The notes beneath the pieces were generated by a model that saw only the letters and a list, made by a program, of their open reading frames with translations, did no database searches and was not told the DNA's origin. A DNA stretch of 64,000 nt, taken from Octopus vulgaris (taxonomy: Eukaryota). The stretch's first letter is position 1; every line of letters starts with the position of its first letter. A program made the translations under genes and the position numbers. Location of the stretch: positions 8,618,001 through 8,682,000 of the forward strand of contig OX597815.1 in NCBI GenBank assembly GCA_951406725.2, read 5' to 3'. Positions 24,966 to 37,804 of the stretch are shown piece by piece.

Positions 24966-27900
24966 AATATTGCGTCTAAAAATATTGTAAAAAATATTTG
25001 TGTCTAAAATATTGTCCAAATGCTGTCTAAATATTGTCTAAAATATTGTGTCTAAAAATATTGTGTCTAAAAATATTGTCTAAAAATATTGTCTAAAAAT
25101 ATTGTCTAAATATTGTCTAAATATTGTCTAAAAATATTGTCTAAAAATATTGTCTAAATATTGTCTAAAAATATTGTCTAAAAATATTGTCTAAATATTG
25201 TCTAAATATTGTGTCTAAATATTGTCTAAAATATTGTCTAAAATATTGTCTAAATATTGTGTCTAAATATTGTCTAAATATTGTGTCTAAAATATGTGTC
25301 TAAAATATTGTCTAAAATATTGTCTAAAATATTGTCTAAATATTGTGTCTAAAAATATTGTGTCTAAAAATATTGTGTCTAAAATATTGTGTCTAAAATA
25401 TTGTCTAAACTATGGTGTCTAAAAATATTGTGTCTAAAATATTCTGTCTAAAATATTGTGTCTAAATATTGTCTAAAATATTGTGTCTAAAATATTCTGT
25501 CTAAATATTGTCTAAAATATTGTGTCTAAAATATTGTCTAAAATATTGTCTAAAATATTGTCTAAAAATATTGTCTAAAATATTGTGTCTAAAAATATTG
25601 TGTCTAAAATATTGTGTCTAAAATATTGTCTAAAATATTGTCTAAAATATTGTGTCTAAAATATTGTGTCTAAATATTGTCTAAAATATTGTCTAAAATA
25701 TTGTCTAAAATATTGTCTAAAATATTGTGTCTAAATAATGTGTCTAAAATATTGTCTAAAATATTGTCTAAAATATTGTCTAAAATATTGTCTAAAATAT
25801 TGTGTCTAAATATTGTGTCTAAAAATATTGTGTCTAAATATTGTCTAAAATATTGTGTCTAAAAATATTGTGTCTAAAATATTGTCTAAAATATTGTCTA
25901 AAATATTGTGTCTAAAAATATTGTGTCTAAAATATTGTCTAAAAATATTGTCTAAAAATATTGTCTAAAATATTGTCTAAAATATTGTGTCTAAAATATT
26001 GTGTCTAAAATATTGTGTCTAAAATATTGTGTCTAAAATATTGTCTAAAATATTGTGTCTAAAATATTGTGTCTAAAATATTGTGTCTAAAATATTGTCT
26101 AAATATTGTGTCTAAAATATTGTGTCTAAAATATTGTGTCTAAAATATTGTGTCTAAAATATTGTCTAAAATATTGTCTAAATATTGTCTAAATATTGTC
26201 TAAAATATTGTCTAAATATTGTGTCTAAAATATTGTCTAAAATATTTGTCTAAAATATTGTGTCTAAAATATTGTGTCTAAAATATTGTGTCTAAAATAT
26301 TGTCTAAAATATTGTGTCTAAATATTGTGTCTAAATATTGTGTCTAAATATTGTCTAAATATTGTGTCTAAATATTGTGTCTAAATATTGTCTAAATATA
26401 TTGTCTAAAAATATTGTCTAAAATATTGTGTCTAAAATATTGTGTCTAAATATTGTCTAAATATTGTGTCTAAATATTGTCTAAATATTGTCTAAATATT
26501 GTCTAAAAATATTGTCTAAATATTGTGTCTAAATATTGTCTAAATATTGTGTCTAAATATTGTCTAAAAATATTGTCTAAAAATATTGTGTCTAAATATT
26601 GTGTCTAAATATTGTGTCTAAAAATATTGTCTAAATATTGTCTAAAAATATTGTCTAAATATTGTGTCTAAAATATTGTCTAAAATATTTGTCTAAAAAT
26701 ATTGTCTAAATATTGTCTAAATATTGTCTAAAATATTTGTCTAAAAATATTGTCTAAAATATTGTCTAAAATATTGTCTAAATATTGTCTAAATATTGTG
26801 TCTAAAAATATTGTCTAAATATTGTGTCTAAAATATTGTGTCTAAAAATATTGTCTAAATATTGTGTCTAAAATATTGTGTCTAAAATATTTGTCTAAAT
26901 ATTGTCTAAAATATTGTCTAAAATATTGTCTAAATATTGTCTAAATATTGTCTAAAATATTGTGTCTAAAAATATTGTGTCTCAAAATATTGTGTCTCAA
27001 AATTTTGTGTCTAAATATTGTGTCTAAAAATATTGTCTAAATATTGTCTAAATATTGTCTAAAAATATTGTGTCTCAAAATATTGTGTCTCAAAATATTG
27101 TGTCTAAAATATTGTGTCTAAATATTGTGTCTAAATATTGTGTCTAAATATTGTCTAAAATATTGTGTCTAAAATATTGTCTAAATATTTGTCTAAATAT
27201 TGTCTAAATATTGTCTAAATATTGTCTAAATATTGTGTCTAAAATATTGTCTAAAATATTGTCTAAATATTGTCTAAATATTGTCTAAAATATTGTCTAA
27301 ATATTGTCTAAATATTGTGTCTAAAATATTGTCTAAAATTGTCTAAATATTGTGTCTAAAATATTGTCTAAATATTGTCTAAATATTGTCTAAATATTGT
27401 CTAAATATTGTCTAAATATTTGTCTAAATATGTGTCTAAATATTGTCTAAAAATATTGTCTAAATATTGTGTCTAAATATTGTGTCTAAATATTGTCTAA
27501 ATATTGTCTAAATATTGTGTCTAAATATTGTCTAAATATTGTCTAAATATTGTCTAAATATTGTCTAAATATTGTCTAAATATTGTGTCTAAAAATATTG
27601 TCTAAATATTGTCTAAAATATTGTCTAAATATTGTCTAAATATTGTCTAAATATTGTCTAAATATTATCTAAATATTGTCTAAATATTGTCTAAAATATT
27701 GTCTAAATATTGTCTAAAATATATTGTCTAAATATTGCGTCTAAATATTGTGTCTAAATATTTGTCTAAATATTGTCTAAATATTGGTCTAAATATTGTC
27801 TAAATATTGTCTAAATATTGTCTATTGTCTAAATATTGTCTATAAATATTGTCTAAATATTGTCTAAAAATATTGTCTAAATATTGTCTAAATATTGTGT

Positions 27901-28577
27901 CTAAATATTGTCTAATATATTGTCTAATATATTGTCTAAATATTGCGTCTAAATATTGTCTAAAAATATTGTCTAAATATTGTGTCTAAAATATTGTCTA
28001 AAATATTGTCTAAAATATTGTCTAAATATTGTCTATAAATATTGTCTAAATATTGTCTAAATATTGTCTAAATATTGTGTCTAAATATTGTGTCTAAATA
28101 TTGTCTAAATATTGTCTAATATATTGTCTAAATATTGTGTCTAAATATTGTCTAAAAATATTGTCTAAATATTGTGTCTAAATATTGTCTAAAATATTGT
28201 CTAAATATTGTGTCTAAAATATTGTCTAAAATATTGTCTAAATATTGTCTAAATATTGTGTCTAAATCTGTCTAAATATTGTCTAAAATATTGTCTAAAT
28301 ATTGTGTCTAAAATATTGTGTCTAAAATATTGTGTCTAAATATTGTGTCTAAATATTGTCTAAATATTGTCTAAAATATATTGTCTAAATATTGTCTAAA
28401 TATTGTCTAAAATATTGTGTCTAAAAATATTGTCTAAATATTGTCTAAAATATTGTGTCTAAATATTGTCTATAAATATTGTCTAAATATTGTCTAAATA
28501 TATTGTCTAAATATTGTCTAAATATTGTGTCTAAATATTGTGTCTAAATATTTGTCTAAATATTGTCTAAATTGTCA
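24966..28577. repeat. 3.6-kb simple satellite, unit TATTG(TG)TCT(A)3-5
   Basis: Continuous run of 11-15-bp variants. Confidence 0.95.
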
Positions 28578-28744
28578 CATATTTTCATGGGAGACTGGAA
28601 ACAAATAACACCACACCACTTGAAAGACAGTGGCACTCATTTACAACCATTACTTGATGTCATAACAATGAGACACAAACACTCATATACCCTTATATAC
28701 ATACATGCAAATGTAAGTAATTAATATCTAGATGAAAAGTTTTA

Positions 28745-28939
28745 CAATGGGGTGCTGAAACGTTCCTGGTTTTGGGTAAAAGAAAATACAGGAGGATCAG
28801 CTAATTATGATTTTATTCACACACTTATTGCAGCTGTCCTTAAGTTTTTCTTAGCCCTGTAAAAGAACTTGGAAGGTTTGGCTTCCAACTTGGCCTTTCG
28901 CAACACTCTTAAAGCCAGGAACTTTTCTGCACTCTCTTG
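28745..28939. mobile_element. Tc1/mariner-type MITE
   Basis: TA-flanked imperfect TIRs caatggggtgctgaaacgttcctggtttt / aaagccaggaacttttctgcactctcttg. Confidence 0.6.
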
Positions 28940-28951
28940 TACTGTTATTAA

Positions 28952-30962
28952 CCCTTTCGTTACTGTTTTTATTTTGAGATGCTCTGTGTTTCTTTCAATT
29001 ATTTTAGATCGCCATGTTGATTCGCTAGCTTCTGCACACATTTTTTTTCTCTCCTTGTTTCTTTCCATGTTTCTTTTCTGTGTATCTTTCTGTTGAAGAG
29101 CATAGGCTCGAAACGTAAATTCCTGAGCGCCATACTAATACAATTGTTTGTTTGTATTCCACCTGCCATTGTCTTTTGTTTATTTTCATAAAGCTTCCCG
29201 TTATTTAGTAAAATAACTTAGTTATCATTCAGCCAATATTAGGAACATAAATTGTGACTAAGGTTTGGTGAAAGATTTTAATTCAAAACTTATGAAAACA
29301 AGACATTTGTACTACAGAGCCAGAGCTGATTTCAGCCGGGTTGGTAACAAAAGGGTTAAATATAACAAAGAATTTAGTAAAATGACTTAGTTATCATTAA
29401 CCTAATGTTAGGAACATAAATTGTGACTAAGGTTTGGTGGAAGATTTTAATTCAAAACTTATGAAAACAAGACATTTGTACTACAGAGCCAGAGCCGGTT
29501 TTAGCCGGGTTGGTATCAAAAGGGTTAAATATAACAAAGAATTTAGTAAAATGACTTAGTTATCATTAACCTAATGTTAGGAACATAAATTGTGACTAAG
29601 GTTTGGTGGAAGATTTTAATTCAAAACTTATGAAAACAAGACATTTGTACTACAGAGCCAGAGCTGGTTTCAGCCGGGTTGGTAACAAAAGGGTTAAATA
29701 TAACAAAGAATTTAGTAAAATGACTTAGTTATCATTCAGCTAGTGTTAGGAACATAAATTGTGACTAAGGTTTGGTGGAAGATTTTAATTCAAAACTTAT
29801 GAAAACAAGACATTTGTACTACAGAGCCAGAGCTGGTTTCAGCCGGGTTGGTAACAAAAGGGTTAAATATAACAAAGAATTTAGTAAAATGACTTAGTTA
29901 TCATTCAGCTAGTGTTAGGAACATAAATTGTGACTAAGGTTTGGTGGAAGATTTTAATTCAAAACTTATGAAAACAAGACATTTGTACTACAGAGCCAGA
30001 GCTGGTTTCAGTCGGGTTGGTAATGAAAGGGTTAAGAATTGTTTCTCTGTTATATATTTTAACCCTTTTGTTACCATATTTCTGTTGAGATGCTCTGTGT
30101 TTCTTTCAATTACTTTAAATATAGCAAAGAATTTAGTAAAATAACATCGTTATCATTAAGCTAGTGTTAGGAACATAAATTGTGACTAAGGTTTGGTGAA
30201 AAATTTTAATTCAAAACTCATGAAAACAAGACATTTGTACTGCAGAGCCAGAGCCGGTTTTAGCCGGGTTGGTATCAAAAGGGTTAAATATAACAAAGAA
30301 TTTAGTAAAATAACTTAGTTATCATTCAGCTAGTGTTAGGAACATAAATTGTGACTAAAGTTTGGTGGAAGATTTTCTTTCAAAACTTATGAAAACAAGA
30401 CATTTGTACTACAGAGCCAGAGCTGATTTCAGCCGGGTTGGTAACAAAAGGGTTAAATATAACAAAGAATTTAGTAAAATGACTTAGTTATCATTCAGCT
30501 AGTGTTAGGAACATAAATTGTGACTAAGGTTTGGTGGAAGATTTTAATTCAAAACTAATGAAAACAAGACATTTGTACTACAGAGCCAGAGCTGATTTCA
30601 GCCGGGTTGGTAACAAAAGGGTTAAATATAACAAAGAATTTAGTAAAATAACTTAGTTATCATTCAGCTAGTGTTAGGAACATAAATTGTGACTAAGGTT
30701 TGGTGGAAGATTTTAATTCAAAACTAATGAAAACAAGACATTTGTACTACAGAGCCAGAGCTGGTTTCAGCCGGGTTGGTAACAAAAGGGTTAAATATAA
30801 CAAAGAATTTAGTAAAATAACTTAGTTATCATTCAGCTAGTGTTAGGAACATAAATTGTGACTAAGGTTTGGTGGAAGATTTTAATTCAAAACTAATGAA
30901 AACAAGACATTTGTACTACAGAGCCAGAGCTGGTTTCAGCCGGGTTGGTAACGAAAGGGTTA
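28952..30962. repeat. 169-bp tandem repeat derived from a TTAA MITE; two blocks of five units
   Basis: GGGTTAA recurs at 29353, 29522, 29691, 29860, 30029 and again at 30281, 30450, 30619, 30788, 30957. Left TIRs at about 28952 and 30063. Confidence 0.9.
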
Positions 30963-31154
30963 AAGTTGTCATTTTAGAAACTTAGGTATTGGTATCTAAT
31001 TTAGACCTGCATTGACAAGCTTTCTTAACACTTTTCATTTTCTCTTATATTTCTTGAAATATCATTATCCTGTAGCATACAAACTGCAGTTTTATAATAT
31101 TTTGAACTGGGGCTCGTATATCACTATCTATAATAATTATTACACCATAACAGC

Positions 31155-33130
31155 CAGTGGCACGTAAAAGAACCATCTGAACATGGCCGTTGCCTGCCTC
31201 CCCTGGCACCTGTGCCGGTGGCACGTAAAAAGCACCAACCGATCATGGCCGTTGCCTGCCTCCCCTGGCACCTGTGCCGGTGGCACGTAAAAAGCACCAA
31301 CCGATCATGGCCGTTGCCAGCCTCCCCTGGCACCTGTGCCGGTGGCACGTAAAAAGCACCAACCGATCATGGCCGTTGCCAGCCTCCCCTGGCACCCTGT
31401 GCCGGTGGCACGTAAAAAGCACCAACCGATCATGGCCGTTGCCAGCCTCCCCTGGCACCTGTGCCGGTGGCACGTAAAAAGCACCAACCGATCATGGCCG
31501 TTGCCAGCCTCCCCTGGCACCTGTGCCGGTGGCACGTAAAAAGCACCAACCGATCATGGCCGTTGCCAGCCTCCCCTGGCACCTGTGCCGGTGGCACGTA
31601 AAAGCACCAACCGATCATGGCCGTTGCCAGCCTCCCTGGCACCTGTGCCGGTGGCACGTAAAAGCACCAACCGATCATGGCCGTTGCCAGCCTCCCCTGG
31701 CACCTGTGCCGGTGGCACGTAAAAAGCACCAACCGATCATGGCCGTTGCCAGCCTCCCCTGGCACCTGTGCCGGTGGCACGGTGGCAAAAAGCACCAACC
31801 GATCATGGCCGTTGCCAGCCTCCCCTGGCACCTGTGCCGGTGGCACGTAAAAAGCACCAACCGATCATGGCCGTTGCCAGCCTCCCCTGGCACCTGTGCC
31901 GGTGGCACGTAAAAAGCACCAACCGATCATGGCCGTTGCCAGCCTCCCTGGCACCTGTGCCGGTGGTGGCACGTAAAAAGCACCAACCGATCATGGCCGT
32001 TGCCAGCCTCCCCTGGCACCTGTCCCGGTGGCACGTAAAAAGCACCAACCGATCATGGCCGTTGCCAGCCTCCCCTGGCACCTGTGCCGGTGGCACGTAA
32101 AAAGCACCAACCGATCATGGCCGTTGCCAGCCTCCCCTGGCACCTGTGCCGGTGGCACGTAAAAAGCACCAACCGATCATGGCCGTTGCCAGCCTCCCCT
32201 GGCACCTGTGCGGTGGCACGTAAAAAGCACCAACCGATCATGGCCGTTGCCAGCCTCCCTGGCACCTGTGCCGGTGGCACGTAAAAAGCACCAACCGATC
32301 ATGGCCGTTGCCAGCCTCCCCTGGCACCTGTGCCGGTGGCACGTAAAAAGCACCAACCGATCATGGCCGTTGCCAGCCTCCCTGGCACCTGTGCCGGTGG
32401 CACGTAAAAAGCACCAACCGATCATGGCCGTTGCCAGCCTCCCCTGGCACCTGTGCCGGTGGCACGTAAAAAGCACCAACCGATCATGGCCGTTGCCAGC
32501 CTCCCTGGCACCTGTGCCGGTGGCACGTAAAAAGCACCAACCGATCATGGCCGTTGCCAGCCTCCCCTGGCACCCGGGCACGAAGCACCACCGATCATGG
32601 CCGTTGCCGCTCCTGGCACCTGTGCCGGTGGCACGTAAAGCACCACCGATCATAAGCCTCCCCTGGCCCTTGCCGGTGGCATGCACCAACCGATCATGGC
32701 CGTTGCCAGCCTCCCTGGCACCTGCCGGTGGCACGTAAAAAGCACCAACCGATCATGGCCGTTGCCAGCCTCCCCTGGCACCTGTGCCGGTGGCACGTAA
32801 AAAGCACCCACTACACTCACGGAGTGGTTGGCGTTAGCACCAACCGAAGCCGGCCATCCAGCTGTACGAAAGCACCAACCGATCATGGCCGTTGCCAGCC
32901 TCCCCTGGACCTGCCGGTGGCACGTAAAAGCACCAACCGATCCTGGCCGTCCCCAGCCTCCCTTGGCACCTGTCTGGTGGCACGTAAAAAGCACCCCAAC
33001 TCACAGTTGGCGTTAGGAAGGGCATCCTAGAAACACTGCCAGATCAGACTGGAGCCTGGTGCAGCCTCCTGGCTTCCCAGACCCCAACCGTCCACCCATG
33101 CTAGCATGGAAAGCGGCGTTGATGATGATG
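31155..33130 (+). repeat. Family D copy with a 62-bp minisatellite (about 26 units)
   Basis: Unit ccctggcacctgtgccggtggcacgtaaaaagcaccaaccgatcatggccgttgccagcctc; ends with the family D tail. Confidence 0.9.
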
Positions 33131-33579
33131 AACAGAACAAATACTATAAAATATACAAGTAGGATCTGTTATATATGGTATAATCTCTAGATTACAGTTG
33201 GTGAATGTATAAACAACACTTCTACATATTGTAAATACAATTAGTATATATTTGTTGTCTTCTCTGAAACTAATTACAAGTTAAGGATCTTGTCTTGCAA
33301 GTTACTTCATAACATCACTGGTGCTGGTGCCAGGTAAAAAGCACTCTGTGTATACCCTGTAAAAATTAAGTTTTGTGTGGTACCAATTTTTGAGAATTTG
33401 TGCAAATTTGCTGTACAGTGAATGAAATAGTATATGTTATGTGGTATACAGTGGGGAACCTTGAGACATAGTGTGTGTTGTAGCGCGTAGTACTGGGACA
33501 TATGTAGAGTACATTGTTGCATTAAAAATTGTTTATGTTGTACATTGTAGTAGTTATGATATATATTATTGCCAATATC

Positions 33580-33780
33580 ACCTGACTGGCCCCATGCTGG
33601 TGGCACGTAAAAGCACCCACTACATTCTCGGAGTGGTTGGCATTAGGAAGGGCATCCAGCTGTAGAAACTCTGCCAGATCAGATTGGAGCCTGGTGCAGC
33701 CATCTGGTTTGCCAGTCTTCAGTCAAAATCGTCCAACCCAGGTTAGCATGGAAAGCGGATGTTAAACGATGATGATGATG
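33580..33780 (+). mobile_element. Truncated family D copy
   Basis: Conserved block and (GAT)n tail. Confidence 0.65.
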
Positions 33781-34094
33781 ATTATAAAGTACATTGGAGC
33801 AGTAGATACATATTGTATTTGTTTTACTGTAAAAAAGACCCAGCTAATGTACGCTCTCTCACCATTACAATTGAATCTCTTCAGATACCATAAAATGGAC
33901 AATGAAATGCTACCAACCATACCTGAAACTCTAAAAAATTTCTATGACTTTGCCTGTTTCTTTGAGAAATATTGGATTGCACCTGTTGATTTTCAAGTTA
34001 TACATCAGCTGTATTGACCAAAGAACTGTGTATAGTTGAATGGTTATAAGTATTGACCCAACTGGTAATATTATTGTCTTATGTTTATTAATAG

Positions 34095-34157
34095 GTGCTG
34101 CACCACAAATATCAGAAAGTCTGTCTGGTGAAGAAGAGATGGAGGAAGAAGAGCAAG
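34095..34157 (+). CDS. Small coding exon (GAAPQISESLSGEEEMEEEEQ)
   Basis: ttattaatag|GT ... CAAG|gtatat; 63 nt, phase 1-1, open, and E-rich like the rest of the protein. Confidence 0.75.
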
Positions 34158-34230
34158 GTATATTTTGTGTTTTACTGAATTGGAATGTATAAAATTGTAA
34201 TAGAGTTTAGTAAAATTTATATATTCACAA

Positions 34231-34673
34231 GTCCCACCTCCGATGGGCAGGGCATGTCTCCAGAATGGAGAACCATCACCTTCCTAAGATTGCTCTGTTT
34301 GGCGAACTCTCCACCGGCCACTGAGTGAGAGGAGCTCCGTGGAAGTGCTACAAAGACTGCCTCAAGAAGTCTCTAACAGCATGTCATACTAACCACCAGT
34401 GCTGGTCAGACCTGGCTGCGGACCGTGATGTCTGGCGCCACATGATCTTCAACGCTGTCAGCAAGTTCGAGGAACAAAGAAGAGACGCACTTAAAGACAA
34501 GAGACGCAGGAAGAAGGTGTGAGCCGCCTCTGACACCACACTGGATGTTACCTTTGTCTGTGGACACTGCTCACGAACCTGCCTTTCCTATATCGGACTT
34601 GTCAGTCATGAGCGTGCATGCACGCGACGTGGACAGCCTTCCTGATCTTCGTTCGCGAAGCCGAGCCGTGATG
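34231..34673 (+). mobile_element. 5'-truncated RTE (BovB-like) LINE
   Basis: LRWAGHVSRME...LPKIALFGEL...YKDCLK and a C-terminal CxxC...H zinc finger; TSD atatattcacaa. Confidence 0.8.
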
Positions 34674-35442
34674 ATATATTCACAATTAAATTGCAGAATA
34701 TTTTTGCCTTTTAGAAAATTCCATGATCAGTCATGAAATTTTCTGTCATTTCTTTGTTTACTCTTAAAAGCATTTAGTCTTAGTAACTCTGGCATGTTCC
34801 AGAGATAGGTTTTTTCCCCAATCTCTTCCTACTATACATCAATGACTTACTTGCTGCCACATCCAACAAAACTCATTATTATCTAGGTAACACTATCTTT
34901 AATTCCTCCTTAATATTCTCTAACCATGCATTATCTACTTGTAAGCTTGACATCATATCTCAAACCTACACTGATCCCATTAAAGAATTTATCACCCTTT
35001 AGAAGACACCAGCTGTTCCTTTGTCAAGAACTTTGGTGATATAATTTATGTTGTACCATGCAGGAATTTAGTAAATGTTGTATTTGGTGAACCTCTGGCA
35101 CTTTCTTCTACAACAGATGGAAATAACCAGCAGAAGTACCTTCTTCTCAATTTACTGCTATATCTCATCAGACAAAGTAAAATACACCGTTTAATCCTTG
35201 CTTCACATACCTGCAACTCTTAAAACTTCAACGACTCTGCATATTTCCTGTAGAATCATTGTATTGCCCCTACAAATCTGTAGTTGTATATCTGTTGTGT
35301 GGAGAGAGGATGGATCTTGGTCAGAAAACCTGACCAAGAGTGTTTAGTTAGTTGGTCAATTGAACTACCAGGCTCATCGAATTAGCAAGTGGACAAATAT
35401 TCCACTGACTCATGTAGCTTTAATATACATATGTATCTGTAC

Positions 35443-35928
35443 TTACCTTGGATCGTAGGATGACCTGCTGTGCTTGAAGAGATCTATTGAGTCAAGTACA
35501 TCAACATCAAAAAAATCAAATGGAAATTGTAGTTGTGATACCTGTGCCAATGGCACGTAAAATGCACCATCTGTACGTGGCCGATGCCAGCACCACCTTG
35601 ACTGGCTTCTGTGCTGGTGGCACCTAAAAAATACCATGCATATGTGGTCAATACCAGCGCCGCCTTGACTGGCTTCCGTGTTGGTGGCATGTAAAAACCA
35701 CCAACTGATCGTGGCCGTTGCCAGCCTCCCCTTGCACCAGTGCCGGTGGCACATAAAAAGCACCCACTACACTCATGGAGTGGTTGGCGTTAGGAAGGGC
35801 ATCCAGCTGTAGAAACACTGCCAGATCAGACTGGGACCTGGTGCAGCCTCCTGGCTTCCCAGACCCCGATTGAACCGTCCAACCCATGCTAGCATGGAAA
35901 ACAGATGTTAAACGATGATGATGATGAT
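35443..35928 (+). mobile_element. Family D copy
   Basis: Conserved block and (GAT)n tail. Confidence 0.7.
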
Positions 35929-36238
35929 GTGATATCAAACAAGAAGGCTGGACCTTTGAGATACTGCTGTAGTTTATCCAATGAAATTCCATATGTACAT
36001 GATTTTGAACTAAACAGTTTCACTCCCAAAGTATAGATTAAACATGAAGCTATAGAAAACGACACTTATCCATGATGCTACACAGCAGAATGGAAACTGA
36101 GAACTCATAACTGTGAAGCAAACTTTGGAAATACCTTGCCACACTCTGCCTTTTCACTGGAGAAATATGTAAGATAGTTCAGTGACTACAGGTATCAACT
36201 CTGTAGTTAATATTATTTTATTATGCTTTTATAAATAG

Positions 36239-36310
36239 CTGTAGTATCACAAAGATCTTAAATACTACCTAGTTTAGAAGAAAAGAACGCAGAAAAAAAT
36301 GTAGTGTCAG
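36239..36310 (+). CDS. 72-nt symmetric exon candidate with an in-frame TAA (AVVSQRS*ILPSLEEKNAEKNVVS)
   Basis: gcttttataaatag|CT ... TCAG|gtaaat; phase 1-1; TAA at 36259-36261. Confidence 0.5.
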
Positions 36311-37184
36311 GTAAATTTTATGTTATATTTTGCTGGAAATTTGTTAGATTTAAAATATATTTAGTAAAATTAACCACAGAGTATTCTCTGGATATTTTTA
36401 CATTTCAAAAATTTCCGTTTTTCTATTTTTATTGTTACAATGCATTGCATGTATATCATATCAGGAATAGTTTAGAGGTGAGTGTATATAGTAATAGACT
36501 GTTTCTACAACATGTTGTCTGGTGACTGTTACCGCATAGAAAATTTTGATTAGATGGAGTTATTTTGTGTGGGAAAAAATATGTGCATATAAAGTATTAA
36601 TAAATCTATTGTTGCTGCTGTTATTATTGTTGAATATCTATTCAGCTTGTGTCTATACAGTAATTATCATTGTTAATGCTGCAGTTGCTATTTAGAATTT
36701 TCAGGAAGCTTTAATTCATACCATCATCATCATAATCATCATAATCACCATCCTTATCAATCACCACCACTATCAACATTATTATTTTAAGGTCCGTTTT
36801 CCGTGCTGGTGAGTTAGATGATTTGTGATTTACAGATCCAGCACACTGGCTGATTAAAATCTACATTATATATTCCATTGGGATGTTAGAACATAGCATG
36901 TTGTGTGTAGTGTGGAAATTAAGATATCTTGCGTAGTGTACGGTTTGGAAATTAGGGCATGTTCAGTGGTATACAATTTAGGGTGGTGTATAAGGTTGCA
37001 TTAATAATATACTTTGTGTTGTATAAACCCCATACAAAAGAAACTCAAATCCTTCATTATCCCTACATGTAACCATTCAAAGTTCCATTCCTGTGCAATT
37101 TCCCTACAAATATTGAACAAGAGATGTTTAAATGGCACAACAACAGTATTACACCAGAACATTCTGCATAATTATATATTGTAG

Positions 37185-37232
37185 CGCCACCTATTGGAGA
37201 AAAAAAGAAAACAAAAGGCAAAATAAAGAAAG
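37185..37232 (+). CDS. 48-nt exon (APPIGEKKKTKGKIKK); only copy of the small array exon with an intact donor
   Basis: attgtag|CG ... AAAG|gtatgg; phase 1-1. Paralogues at about 39185, 47073 and 49899 lack the GT. Confidence 0.6.
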
Positions 37233-37412
37233 GTATGGTTTACAAAATGTTCTACTGGAAAATTTTATCATTCTTTTTATAATATATATTTATCAATATT
37301 TAAATTTTGGAATAGTTTTACATTTTAGCAGAAACCATGGTTGATGTTTTCCTTTTTATGGCTACTTAATCCTGTTAGGAAATGTTTGGAAGGTAGAATT
37401 TCCAAGTTGTTG

Positions 37413-37804
37413 ATGGATGGATGGAAGCACTCCGTCGGTTAAGACGACGAGGGTTCTGGTTGATCCGATCAACGGAACAGCCTGCTCGTGAAATTAATGT
37501 GTAAGTGGCTGAGCACTCCACAGACACATGTACCCTTAACGTAGTTCTCGGGGATATTCAGCGTGACACAGAGAGTGACAAGGCCGGCCCTTTGAAATAC
37601 AGGTACCACAGAAACAGGAAGTAAGAGTGAGAGAATGTTGTGGTGAAAGAATACAGCAGGGATCACCACCATCCCCTGCCAGAACCTCGTGGAGCTTTTA
37701 GGTGTTTTCGCTCAATAAACACTCACAACGCCCGGTCTGGGAATCGAAACCGCGATCCTATGACCGCGAGTCCGCTGCCCTAACCACTGGGCCATTGCGC
37801 CTCC
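37413..37804 (-). mobile_element. SINE family B
   Basis: Reverse complement of the 12861 copy. Confidence 0.85.
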
